Part shown: in pieces, positions 50,496 through 62,502 of the stretch
Layout of the letters: every line of letters starts with the position of its first letter
How positions within the stretch are numbered: position 1 is the stretch's first letter
From: Octopus sinensis
Taxonomy: Eukaryota
Direction of reading: 5' to 3'
DNA: 64,000 nt
Assembly: GCF_006345805.1 (NCBI RefSeq)
Contig: NC_043020.1
Coordinates: forward strand, 13,268,001 to 13,332,000
The notes under the pieces: model-generated
What the model was told of the DNA's origin: nothing
Database searches by the model: none
The model's input: only the letters and a program-made list of their open reading frames with translations
Translations under genes and position numbers: made by a program

Positions 50496-50754
50496 AATAA
50501 GTTGGCCAAAAGGGGGAGATACATGTAAAAAAAAAACAACAAAATAATGAGTTAATTAAGTTAATTTTTATTTGTGAAATACAATAGTTTTGAATTTGCT
50601 GCAGAAAGTGGTCTGTGTTTGTGGTAGTGAGTAGGAGGGGTGGGACTTGGAATATGACCTGGGTGCCACAGAAACAGTAGCCTGAAAATGTTTGGGAACC
50701 ACTAGTGTAGTGTCTGTGTATGTGTGTGCCTCCTTGTTTGTCTGTTTGTCTATC

Positions 50755-50990
50755 TACCTATTTCTTAATTACCCACAAGGGGCTAAACACAGAGGGGACA
50801 AACAAGGAGAGACATAGGTATTAAGTCGATTACATCGACCCCCAGTGCTTAACTGGTACTTAATTTATCGACCCTGAAAGGTTGATAGGCAAAGTCGACC
50901 TCGACGGAATTTGAACTCACAACGTAACGCAGACGAAATACCGCTAAGCATTTCGCCCGGCGTGATAACGTTTCTGCCAGCTCGCCGCCT
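50755..50990 (-). mobile_element. SINE-B full length with TSD ctatctacct
   Basis: Direct repeat on both sides. Confidence 0.85.
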
Positions 50991-51619
50991 TTCTATCTAC
51001 CTGTGCCATAGGTCACTCAACCATATCATCTCTCCTTCCCTCTTGCTCCTTAAATTTCATCAGACCCCATAACTTGGAATTTGCCTAACTCAGACCAAAA
51101 CTTAAACCAATATCCCACTGTCTAACCTTTTAGTTCTGTTCTAGGTTTAAGGTTATAGTGGTTCTGGCCTTACTGGAGCACTGTTAAATAATATCATTAA
51201 TGTAACAGAGACATCATCATCATCATCATCGTTTTAATGTCCACTTTTTCCATGTTTGCATGGGTTAGACAGAAGTTTTGTTGAGGCAGATTTTTCTGCA
51301 GTCAAATACCTTTCCTGTCACCAACACTCACCTGTTTCAAAGTAACAGGAGGAATTACAACCGTGTTTCGTGGCCTGCTACCACAACAGCTCCTTTATAG
51401 GATCCAGTTAGCTCAAGACATCATCAGGAGGAACCACGTCCAGTTTCGGCCCCTACTCCTCTACCATTTTGATGTGGCAGGCCCCCCCCCTTTCGGAGGT
51501 GTCTTCAGCTCTGGTGTTGGGTGCATGTCTTCTTTCTTCTTTCTTCTGTTCCCTGGCCTCTTCGATGTATCATCAGCGAGTGTCAGCTGGTGACTGACTG
51601 TCTTGTCAAATTTTTCCCT

Positions 51620-51848
51620 TTAACCCTTTCGTTACCAGTCCGCCTGAAACCACCTCTGGCCCTGTAATACAAATGTCTTGTTTTCAAAAGTTCTGAATTA
51701 AAATCTTCCACCAAACCTTAGTCACAAATAATGTTCCTAACACTAGCTTAATGATAACTAAGTTATTTTACTAAATTCTTTGTTATATTTAAAGTAATTG
51801 AAAGAAACACAGAGCATCTCAAAATAAATACAGTAACGAAAGGGTTAA
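51620..51848. mobile_element. piggyBac-type MITE family 2, complete
   Basis: TTAA|ccctttcgttac...gtaacgaaaggg|TTAA; perfect 12-bp TIRs. Confidence 0.9.
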
Positions 51849-52761
51849 ATACCTGCCGCATAGGCTCCAGCAGGCATCCCCAGCAAGTTGTCACGTGGCA
51901 CTGTCTCACCTTAACTGACTAGTGAAGGCGCGTAGTTTTAGCCCGCGCTTTTTCTTGTGGTTTTCACGAAAGATTGAGAACAAAGTATACTGCTTGGAGG
52001 ACATTCATTTCCAACTATTGCATGATGTCAAAGTAAAGAGACAACAACAATACACACACACACACACATACGATGGGCTTCTTTCAGTTTCCACCTACCA
52101 AATCTTCTTGCGAGGCTTTGGTTGGCCCCTGGCACCATAGTAGAAGACTCTTTTACCCAAGGTGACATTGCAATGGAGACTGAACCCGACACCATAAAAT
52201 TTTGAGACCAAAAAAATCTGGATCAGTTCTTTGGATTTAATTGCTGGTTCATCATCTTTGTTAATTAATGAAATCCAAAGTCAAAAAATGGCCAGGTGAA
52301 ATATCGAGGATGGACAGCGCGATGAAAGGTGATAGCAAACAGAACTGCGATAAGAGAAATTTATTGCAGCGTTAGTGAGGAACTTGACGCAGTGTTTTGT
52401 AATATGAAACACTTCACACCTTTCGTTCTGTTGGTTTAAGATGTTGGCAAAGCTCCTAGTCTCTGGTACTTTTCTATGTAGGTAAACCAGAAAATAGAGA
52501 GAGAGAGAGAGAGTTCTACTTTGGTTGTAAATACAACATATCTGATTCCAATATCAAACAAACAAACAAACAAAAACGTCTTATTATTTCTTGAGTTACG
52601 AAAACTCTTCCATCACCGTAATTCTTGTTGCTTGGAGAAAACCATGTTCCGCCACCACCACCACCACCACCACCACAGATACCCCTACCCCTAGTCACTG
52701 TGGGTTTTTTTTTCTATTCAAATCAATTGTATTTTAAGCAAATCTTTCTTTTTTTTTTCAG

Positions 52762-52812
52762 GGTAGCTAGAGATGATAGCATTGGTTGTTTTTATGAACA
52801 CAAAGTTGTTAG
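52762..52812 (+). CDS. Candidate 51-nt symmetric exon (VARDDSIGCFYEHKVV)
   Basis: Strong acceptor (t)n-cag, donor AG|gtaggt, only one open frame (phase 2 to 2). Confidence 0.5.
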
Positions 52813-53263
52813 GTAGGTGGGGTGTCCTAGGTGTAGCTGCGAGGTTTAGAAATCTGTTTTGAAATGACAAGGTTGCAGGTTCAATCCCATCCTGTAATTC
52901 ATTGTGTAAACATCTTCAACTGAACTGTTTTCTTAGGGTTAATTAACGTCTTACAAGTGAACTTTGGCAGAGGGAAACTGTGCTGAAGCATGTTATGCAT
53001 ATGTGCATCTCTTTGTCATGTACACACACACACACACATATATTAGAGGTGTGGTTAAAGAGAGAGAGAGAGTAGGCTGCTATTTCTAGCTGGTCAAATG
53101 ATCCTACTTAATCCATAGCAGTTATAAAATCTTAAGATACTCCTGCCATATTTGCTGAAATTAAGTCAACGTTGTCTTTTCCTCACCACATAAGTATAAC
53201 TAATTAGATTTATGATACTCATTAACAAAATATTCTCACACTGATTTAATTATTGTTTTCCAG

Positions 53264-53280
53264 ATGGATAACATCTCTGA
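53264..53280 (+). CDS. Candidate 17-nt microexon (WITSL or MDNIS)
   Basis: Acceptor ttattgttttccag, donor TGA|gtaatt. Confidence 0.2.
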
Positions 53281-54094
53281 GTAATTAAAGCATATTGATG
53301 TAATTTTTTTTTTTTTTTTTTAAATTCCATCTCGTGAATGGATTCCTTACAACTGAGATGTTGGAATTAATGAAGGCTTCTAATTAAGTAAATGGATTTG
53401 GTAGGATTTCTTTGGTGTCTCTTATAATTAGTTTGATAGGTTTTGTACCAAAGTGCAGCACTAACAAAGTAATTCTGGCATGCCGAAGAAACTGGTACTG
53501 ACCCGAATGGTCTTTTTGGGAGAAAAATCTTTGTTTACATCAAAATAGTCCTCATCAACAAACAGTAATTTGATGTTTCGGTGTGGGGCTGCTGCATAAC
53601 AATTATGTTTCTGTTAATTGACTTTGGCTTAAGTTATTAATTTATAATGTTTAGTTATGTACTAAACCTTGTTATTCTCATTAAATTAACCACAGCTCTT
53701 CTAAATCTACTATCTGTTTCTTGGGTTGAAAGATGGAAGAGGATTTTGCTTTTAGGCTTACCTAACACTGCTTGTATATATTATGTTACTCTTTTATTTG
53801 TTTCAGTCATTTGACTGTGGCCATGCTGGAGCACTGGCTTTAGTCAAACAAATCGACTAATTGGTGAATGATTGTGTTGGTGGTTATGTTTCCAATGGAC
53901 CAATCTTAGACTCTCTGCATTTCTGGGAGTGTCTATAAGTTGATAAAAGATAAACATCCCAAGGGACTACGTTCATAAACACCAATTTTTCAGTTTTCAC
54001 ACCAATGTTTATAATCTTTACAAAGATGCCTCTGCCCCACACACACACATTGTCTCTGTCTACCGAATTCCAATCATAAAACTAACTCTGACCG

Positions 54095-54345
54095 TAGTTC
54101 CTTCTTGAGCTATGCCAGGCTCATAAGAGCCAGTTTCCTTGTTTCAGTGGCGTAGAAATTCCCCAGCTTGACGGGACGCCAGTCCGTCGCAGGATTACTC
54201 ATTTTTTGCCAGCTGAGTGGACTGGTGCAACGTGAAATGAAGTGCTTGCTCAAGAACACAACGCATCGCCCGGTCCAGGAATCAAAACCACAACCTTACG
54301 ATCATGAGTTCAACACCCTAACCACTGAGCCATGCGCCTCCACCT
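54095..54345 (-). mobile_element. SINE-D full length
   Basis: Reverse complement matches 21895-22115 and 22180-22320. Confidence 0.75.
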
Positions 54346-54824
54346 GACTGTAGTGAAAGACTCACAGTATCACACAGTGAGTTTGAACCCAGAACCAAGT
54401 GATTGCCAAATGAACTTTTTTAACTAAACAGCTATGCTTCTGCCCTTACAGCATCAGGTCAAATTTATGTGACCAGCCAGCATTAGAGGGTAGCCAAATT
54501 AATTGAAACAACATCACGATATTGTCATTCTGTTGTATTAGTGACCATCAAATGGTATGGATTGGTGCCGTTGGCAAACTTGTAGACATTTGTAGTGTTT
54601 AGTTAAATTTCTTTGTTCTGAGTTCAAATACAAGGATTTACTTTGTCCTTGCGGCCACTGGAGTAAATGCCAATTAAATACTAGGGGGTTGATATAAACC
54701 AACTTCATCCCTCTACCCCTAAAATCTGACAGTATGTCATGTTAGACATCAATGTCCTCTCTCGCTAAAACCTCTCTGTGTTTTATGCTAGACATCAATG
54801 TTATGTATATTATGGACATGGCCA

Positions 54825-55305
54825 ATGCCAGTGCCTCCTAGACTGGCTTCCTTGCCGGTGGCACGTAAAAAGCACCATCCGAATGTGGCCGATGCCAGCT
54901 CCACCTTGACTGGCTTCCGTGCCTGGTGGCACGTACAAAGCACCAATCCGATCATAGCCATTGCCAGCCTCACCTGACACCTGTGCCAGTGGCACGTAAA
55001 AAGCACCATCCTGAATGTGGCCGATGCCAGCTCCACCTTGACTGGCTTCCGTGCCGGTGGCACGTACAAAGCACCAATCCGATCATAGCCATTGCCAGCC
55101 TCGCCTGACACCTGTGCCAGTGGCACATAAAAAGCACCCACTACACTCACGGAGTGGTTGGCGTTTGGAAGGGCATCCAGCTGTAGAAACACTGCCACAT
55201 CAGACTGGAGCCTGGTGCAGCCTTCTGGCTTCCCAGATTCCCAGTCGAACCGTCCAACCCATGCTAGCATGGAGAACGGACGTTAAACGATGATGATGGT
55301 GATGA
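54825..55305 (+). mobile_element. RTE 3'-UTR fragment with internally repeated subunits
   Basis: ~125-bp block repeated; diagnostic tail. Confidence 0.85.
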
Positions 55306-55813
55306 ATATTTACTGAGTTTGTCTTCTGTGGCACTGTTATGGACCATTATTCAATTGACCCATCACTGGTGCTGCCATAATAAATTTTGGTAATAAATCT
55401 TTCATTCAATAAAATTCTGTAAGTAAATATTTTCTGCTACAAGAGAAATACTATTTATAAATAAGGGAAATGGTTCTATGTTTTGTATTTGTTCTTGATG
55501 TATCAATAATCTATTTGACCTCTTAACAAAATATTTACTTGATAAAATATCGAATGATTTAGCTGAATAAATACCATCTTCTTTTCATCTCTCTTTTCAT
55601 TTCCTTCTCTTTCTTGTCGTAATGTTTACATCTGTGATATAACTGTTTTTTCTTCTAATCAAAATACGCATTAATTAAATTATGTTTTTACCTAGATATT
55701 GATTGATTGATTTTTTTCTTTCCCATATAGTTTTCTAATTACATATTAATTAGATTAAATGTACATTAATTATATGTTTATGGCAAAACAAAATCTAGGT
55801 TATGAAATTTTTC

Positions 55814-57241
55814 AAGTCGTAATCAGTAGGAAGGCAGACAAATCACACACGCCTTCAGGTAGATGGCCCTGCTCGATCTGTAGAAAAGGTGTAGGTAGAA
55901 ACTCTATAAGATGCACCAAGTGTAAGCTATGGACACATAAGAGGTGCAGCAATGTCAAAGGAAGGCTAACTAGGAAGATGGTTTTTGTATGTGGCAGATG
56001 CTCAGGAACAATAAACACTGAAAATGCTCTGAGACCAACTTCCGTCACTTTCCAGGGAGAGAAAACTAGAAATAGTTGATAGTTTCCGTTACCTAGGTGA
56101 CCAAGTCAGCAGCGGGGGCGGGTGTGCTGAAAGTGTAACTGCTAGAGTAAGAATAGCTTGGGCAAAGTTCAGAGAGCTCTTACCCCTGCTGGTGACAAAA
56201 GGCCTCTCGCACAGAGTGAAAGGCAGACTGTATGGCGTGTGTACGAACAGCCATGCTACATGGCAGTGAAACATGGGCCGTGACTGCTGAGGATATGCGT
56301 AAGCTCGCAAGAAATGAAGCCAGTATGCTCCGATGGATGTGTAATGTCAGTGTTCATAATCGACAGAGTGTAAGTACCTTGAGAGAAAAGCTGGACCTAA
56401 GAAGCATCAGTTGTGGTGTGCAAGAGAGACGTTTGCGCTGGTATGGTCATGTGGCGAGAATGGATGAAAGATAGTTGTGTGAAAAAGTGCACACCCTAGC
56501 GGTTGAGGGAACCTGTGGAAGAGGCAGACCCAGGAAAACTGGGACGAGGTGGTGAAGCACGACCTTCGAAATTTAGGTCTCACTGAGGAAATGACTAGAG
56601 ACCGAGTCCTATGGAAGTGTGCTGTGCGCGCGAGAAGACCCGGCAGGACAAGTGAGTCCATAACCCGTGGCCTTCTACTTGGGATGGAGCCAGCCTACGT
56701 ATGCATACCTTCCTTCTTGGGACACAAAACTCTACATGTGAAGACCTGTTGAGGCAAGTGAGGATCAGAAATGAAAATCGATCAATGGAAATTGCAGATG
56801 TGTTACCAGTGCGGTGGCATGTCGAAACTCTACTTGTGAAGACCCGTTGAGGCAAGTGAGGATCAGAATGGAAATCGATCAATGGAAATTGCAGATGTGT
56901 TACCAGTGCCGGTGGGATGATAAGAGAACCTTCCGTTTCGCGGACGTTGCCAGCACGCCCCGTTTCGTGTCCGTTGCCTTCCTCGCCTGGCCCTTGTGCC
57001 GGTGGCACATAAAAAGCACCATCCGTTCGTGGCCGTTTGCCAGCTCTGTCTGGCACCTGTGCGGGTGGCACGTAAAAAGCACCCACTACACTCACGGAGT
57101 GGTTGGCGTTAGGAAGGGCATCCAGCCGTAGAAACACTGCCAGATTTGACTGGGCCTGATGAAGCCTTCTGGCTTCACAGACCCCAGTAGAACCGTCCAA
57201 CCCATGCTAGCATGGAAAACGGACGCTAAACGATGATGATG
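55814..57241 (+). mobile_element. 5'-truncated RTE-clade LINE: frameshifted ORF2 C-terminus with PHD finger, plus full 3' UTR
   Basis: Peptides FRYLGD, LLPLL, LHGSETW, RRLRWYGHVARM and GRGRPRKT are RTE-typical; stop at 56653-56655; (GAT)n tail; several frameshifts. Confidence 0.9.
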
Positions 57242-57371
57242 AACCATTAGAAAGCATAACTTGTTAAATATTGGAACGTGACAAGAATGGTTTCTGTGGG
57301 GGGGATGGAACCAGCAAGAGGCTGTTAGATAACTGGCATTGTGAAAACTATAAACTTAAGAATTTATGATG

Positions 57372-57537
57372 AGGAGTGGCTGTGTGGTAAGTAGCTTGCT
57401 AACCAACCACATAGTTCCAGGTTCAGTCCCACTGCGTGGCCTCTTGGGCAAGTGTCTTCTGCTATAGCCCCGGGCCGACCAATACCTTGTGAGTGGATTT
57501 GGTAGACGGAAACTGAAAGAAGCCTGTCGTATATATG

Positions 57538-57576
<39 letters not shown>

Positions 57577-57780
57577 TTGTGTGTCTGTGTTTGTTCCCCT
57601 AGCATTGCTTGACAACCGATGCTGGTGTGTTTACGTCCCCGTCACTTAGCGGTTCGGCAAAAAGAGACCGATAGAATAAGTACTGGGCTTACAAAAAGAA
57701 TAAGTCCTGGGGTCAAGTTGCTCGATTAAAGGCGGTGCTCCAGCATGGCCGCAGTCAAATGACTGAAACAAGTAAAAAAG
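57372..57780 (+). mobile_element. SINE-A full length
   Basis: Complete structure. Confidence 0.9.
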
Positions 57781-57820
57781 ACAGTATCACATGCACGCGC
57801 ACACACATATACATATATAT

Positions 57821-58028
57821 CTCTCTTTTACTCTCTTTTACTTGTTTCAGTCATTTGACTGCGGCCATGCTGGAGCACCGCCTTAGTCGAGCAATCAACC
57901 CCGGGACTTATTCTTTGTAAGCCCAGTACCTATTCTATCGGATCTTTTGCCAAACTGCTAAGTAACGGGGACATAAACACACCAGCATCGGTTGTCAAGT
58001 AATGTTAGGGGGACAAACACAGACACAC

Positions 58029-58069
<41 letters not shown>

Positions 58070-58222
58070 GACGGGCTTCTTTCAGTTTCCGTCTACCAAA
58101 TCCACTCACAAGGCTTTGGTTGGCCCGAGGCTATAGTAGAAGACACTTGCCCAAAGTGTCATGCAGTGGGACTGAACCCGGAACCATGTGGTTGGTAAGC
58201 AAGCTATTTACCACACAGCCAC
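57821..58222 (-). mobile_element. SINE-A full length, inverted relative to both neighbours
   Basis: Complete structure. Confidence 0.9.
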
Positions 58223-58230
58223 ATGCGTAT

Positions 58231-58617
58231 AAGGTGTGGCTGTGTGATAAGAAGCTTACTTCCCAACCTCAGGGTCCTGGGTTCAGTCCTACTGCGTGGC
58301 AGTTTGAGCAAGTGTCTTCTATTATAGCCTTGGACCGACCAAAGCCTTGTGAGTGGATTTGGTAGACAGAAAGTGAAAGAAGCCCATCATATATCTATGT
58401 GTGTGTGTGTGTGTGTGCCTTTGTGTTTGTCTCCAACCATTGCCTGACAACCAATGGTGGTATGTTTACATCTCTGTAACTTAGCAGTTCAGCAAAAAAG
58501 ATCAATAGAATAAGTACCAGTACTTGAAAAAGAAAAATGTACTGGGGTCGATTCAATCTTCAAGATGGTACCCTTGCATGGTCACAGTCTAATGACCAAA
58601 ACAGGTTAAAGATAAGA
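58231..58617 (+). mobile_element. SINE-A, older copy
   Basis: Head, microsatellite and degenerate tail. Confidence 0.75.
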
Positions 58618-58646
58618 TACACACACACACACACCACACACACACA

Positions 58647-58845
58647 GGTGAGCACATAAGTGCAAAACAAGGTGTAAAAAAAAATAGTACTCGAATACCA
58701 AAGGTAGAGCAATGTGCTGTTGTTAGAGCTGCAAAATTATCACAAAACTGTTACTCAGAGTTTCATGTTCCTGTTTGTCTGACAGTTGTGATGCAAACTC
58801 ATCACAACTGTCCAATGAATGGGAATGTGAAACTCTGAGTAACTG
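58647..58845. mobile_element. Second, older copy of the fold-back hammerhead-like element
   Basis: Tail 58647-58745 is the reverse complement of 6850-6945; arms at 58748-58845. Confidence 0.6.
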
Positions 58846-59131
58846 ATTTCAAATTTTGGCACAAGGCCGGCAAGTTTTGGGCAGGGGTAAGTTGTTTCTA
58901 TGCCTGGTTGGCTGCCTTTTACATGGAACTGGCACAGGTGCCATTCTGTGTAAATATCACCATCAATGAATAAATTGCATATATTCCAAAGGTATGAATA
59001 TCTTTCGTAGAATGGTAAAATGGTTAACTGAAATGGTAAAAAAGGGGAGGATAATAATTATGGTTTTGGAACGATTCCATTTCGTTTGTATTCTTCAGGA
59101 AAGGAAAAAATGTATTTTATGTTTCTCTAAT

Positions 59132-59231
59132 NNNNNNNNNNNNNNNNNNNNNNNNNNNNNNNNNNNNNNNNNNNNNNNNNNNNNNNNNNNNNNNNNNNNN
59201 NNNNNNNNNNNNNNNNNNNNNNNNNNNNNNN
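59132..59231. other. Assembly gap (100 N)
   Basis: Direct reading. Confidence 1.
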
Positions 59232-59640
59232 ACACACACATGCAAACACACTCACACAAATGCAAGCAAGCCACCACACACAACACATGCAAACACTCAG
59301 CACCCTCACACACAGCCACACACACACACATGCAAACACACACACATACACACACACACATCCAAGCACACTCACCACACACACACACACACACATGCAA
59401 CCACACACACACATGCAATCACTCATTGCACACATGCAAGCACACTCACACACATGCAAATACACTCACATACACATGCAAACACACATGCACGCACACA
59501 CGCATGCACATGCACACACACACACTCATTGACATGTACACACATGGGCACAGGCACATGCACACACACATACATACACACACACCTACAAACACACATA
59601 CACCAATACACACACAAACACATACACACAAGCACACATT

Positions 59641-59680
<40 letters not shown>

Positions 59681-59720
59681 CAAATACACAATCACAGAGA
59701 CACACACACACACACACACC
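59232..59720. repeat. (CA)n/(CACATG)n field
   Basis: Direct reading. Confidence 0.9.
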
Positions 59721-60459
59721 ATTGATATGTTTATAATATGGTTTAATTGAAATATTCAACTTTCTTCTATTTCATGGGGGAGCAACCATTCTGTCCCCTA
59801 AACAGGAACCTAAAGATTACCGAAAAGCCTTGTTGCCACATGTCAAATATGACAGCAGGAAACCAGCTCAGATGGCGGCTCCGATGGCTACAACATCGTG
59901 GCTTTCTCCTCATTAGCTGCTCGTTTTCTATTTATGAGATGTTGCTCTCACTACCTACAATGATTCCAGCTTGCCAAACATGAAGTTTCTTGGGAATTTA
60001 GACTATAACTGATGTTCTCAACACCATTTGGGACTCTTAATCTACCCCAGATGTCTGATCCAGTGATATTTTGTTTTACTTGTTGGGTTCTTTTTGTGCT
60101 GGCCAATGCCGTGTTCTTCCTGGCATTGTCTCGCGTGAGGTGTGAGGGTTTTCGTTTACAGCTTCTGTCGTCAGGCTGGTTGCAGATATGAAATGATCAG
60201 GGTTACAAAGTCATCATAAAGGAAAACCAGGAGGGTGGAAATACTAAAGAATTTTTGCTCATTTAACTGCTGCCGACATGAATTAATGGGCAAGTGGCTG
60301 AATATTCCTCGGGCACATGTACCTGTAATATGGCTTTAATTTTTGGCACACGGGTAGCAAGTTCAGGATAGAGGGTAAGTTGATTACATCAACCCCCATT
60401 ACTCAACTGGTACTGCTTTTATTGATTCCAAAATTATGAAAGGCAAAGTCCACCTTGGT

Positions 60460-60840
60460 GAGCTGGCAGAAATGTTAGCACGCTGGGCGAAATGCTCAGC
60501 GGTATTTTGTCTACCGCTACGTTCTGAGTTCAAATTCCGCCAAGGTCAACTTTGCCTTTCATCCTTTCGGGGTCGATTAAATAAGTACCACTTACGCACT
60601 GGGGTCGATATAATCGACTTAATCCGTTTGTCTGTCCTTGTTTGTCCCCTTTGTGTTTAGCCCCTTGTGGGTAGTAAAGAAATAGGTATTTCGTCTGTCT
60701 TTACGTTCTGAGTTCAAATTCTGCCATGGTCAACTTTGCCTTTCATCCTTTTGGAGTTGATAAATTAAGGGCTGGAGTCAATCAAATCGACTACCCACCC
60801 CCTCCCCCAAAATTTCGGGCCTTGCGCCTAGAGTAGAAAA
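60460..60840 (+). mobile_element. SINE-B followed by a head-truncated second SINE-B
   Basis: gtagtaaagaaatag|gtatttcgtctg junction. Confidence 0.8.
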
Positions 60841-60933
60841 GAATAATGATAATAGTAATGAGAAAAATATCCGGTGGATAAATCCTGGGTTCACTTCACT
60901 GGATTAGGAATGTTTTTAGAAGTATAAATCAAA

Positions 60934-61092
60934 AACAATTACAAAGAATATGAAGACTGGTACATTTTTTCTGTTAATTTTTCCAGTTAGTTTTACAGCA
61001 TAATTGGTTAACCAATTAGGCTGTATAATTAACTGGAAAAATTAACAGAAAACTTTGAAGATGTACCAGTTTCCATATTCTTTGTAATTGTT
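60934..61092. repeat. ~160-bp near-perfect palindrome with no spacer
   Basis: Dyad between 61009 and 61010 (taattggtt|aaccaatta). Confidence 0.85.
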
Positions 61093-61101
61093 ATATATAT
61101 C

Positions 61102-61132
<31 letters not shown>

Positions 61133-61139
61133 TATGTTG

Positions 61140-61520
61140 TACTGTTATTAGTCATAAGACACCTGCTGTTTTTCGTCCTGTTTTTACCATTATTGCTTTT
61201 TGTATTTCATTTTTGTATTTCATTATTGTTTTTTGTATTTTATATTCGTGTGGCATAGTCCGTTTTTCTGTCCCTATTTCGTATACATTCGATCCTTCTT
61301 CCAAGAAATCTAATGCTCGTAGCTTAGTTTTTCTAATGCTCGTAGCTTAGTTTTTCCTGGGGGCTGGCCGGATCGGAGCGATCTCAAGATTAATCAGCCG
61401 AAATTGCAAAGATGATCCGGTTCTTGACTGAAGATTGAGGGCTTCGAATGTCCCGTCCGTGTTTTTTGTATCGTCGTCTAAGTGTTTTTGCGTTCTTGTC
61501 CAGTTTGTATTTTTCACATA
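61140..61520. other. Unclassified CpG-rich block between (TA)n tracts
   Basis: CpG-rich island with an internal ~23-bp tandem duplication ctaatgctcgtagcttagttttt. Confidence 0.35.
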
Positions 61521-61589
61521 TAATATAATAATAATATATTAGTATTTATATATATATATATATTATATATATTATATATATATATATAT

Positions 61590-61890
61590 ATGGAGGTGCA
61601 TGGCTTAGTGGTTAGGGTGTTGGACTCCCAATCATAAGATTGTGGTTTCAATTCCTGGACTGGGTGTGATGCCTTGTGCTCTTGCAAAACACTTCACTTC
61701 ATGTTGCTTTAGTCAACTCAGCTGTAGAAAGAGTACCACTAGTGGAGGCATGTTGCTTTGTGGTTAGGATGTCAGATTCATGACCGCAAGATTGTGATTT
61801 CAATCCCTGGACTGGGCAATTTGTTGTATTCTTGAGCAAAACACTTCATTTCACTTTGATACTGTCGACTTAGCTGTAGAAATGAGTTTA
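61590..61890 (+). mobile_element. Two tandem SINE-C/D heads
   Basis: tggcttagtggttagg...cttgagcaaaacac...cagctgtagaaa occurs twice. Confidence 0.7.
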
Positions 61891-61999
61891 GCCTGGAGAG
61901 GAATGGGTTCTACCAGGCTTTCTTGGTCAAGATATGCTGCATGGCTACTGTGCCTGAACGACCCCCAAGGAGTTAAGGGACTTGTCTATATATATATAT

Positions 62000-62385
62000 A
62001 TACTCTTTTACTCTTTTACTTGTTTCAGTCATTTGACTGCGGCCATGCTGGAGCACCGCCTTTAATCGAGCAATTCGACCCCGGGACTTATTCTTTTGTA
62101 AGCCCAGTACTTATTCTATCGGTCTCTTTTTGCCGAACCATTAAGTAAACACACCAGCATTGGTTGTCAAGCAATGCTAGGGGGACAAACACAGACACAC
62201 AAACACACGCATATATATATATATACATATATACGACGGGCTTCTTTCAGTTTCCGTCTACCAAATCCACTCACAAAGCTTTGGTCGGCCCGAGGCTCTA
62301 GTAGAAGACACTTGCCCTAGATGTCACGCAGTTGGACTGAACCCAGAACCATGTGGTTGGTAAACAAGCTACTTACCACACATAT
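62000..62385 (-). mobile_element. SINE-A full length
   Basis: Complete structure. Confidence 0.85.
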
Positions 62386-62502
62386 ATTGTGTGTGTGTGA
62401 TGTGAGATTGTTGGGAGCTGTCTCCTCCTCTATTATTGTATATCAGTTGTACATTGTTTGTGCATCAGAATATATAAAAAATGTAAACTGTTGTTTGACT
62501 AG

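Noticed and set aside
57150-57180. CTGATGA in the RTE 3' UTR
   Set aside because: A point variant of cctggtgcagcc; no GAAA follows the stem.
59806-59983. Protein-like frames (EPKDYRKALLPHVKYDSRKP...) after an acceptor
   Set aside because: Two frames are open, no donor is evident and the surroundings look like a decayed element; cannot be called.
61420-61460. CTGAAGA...CGAA as a hammerhead
   Set aside because: No stem II, GAAU instead of GAAA, and no stem I partner.
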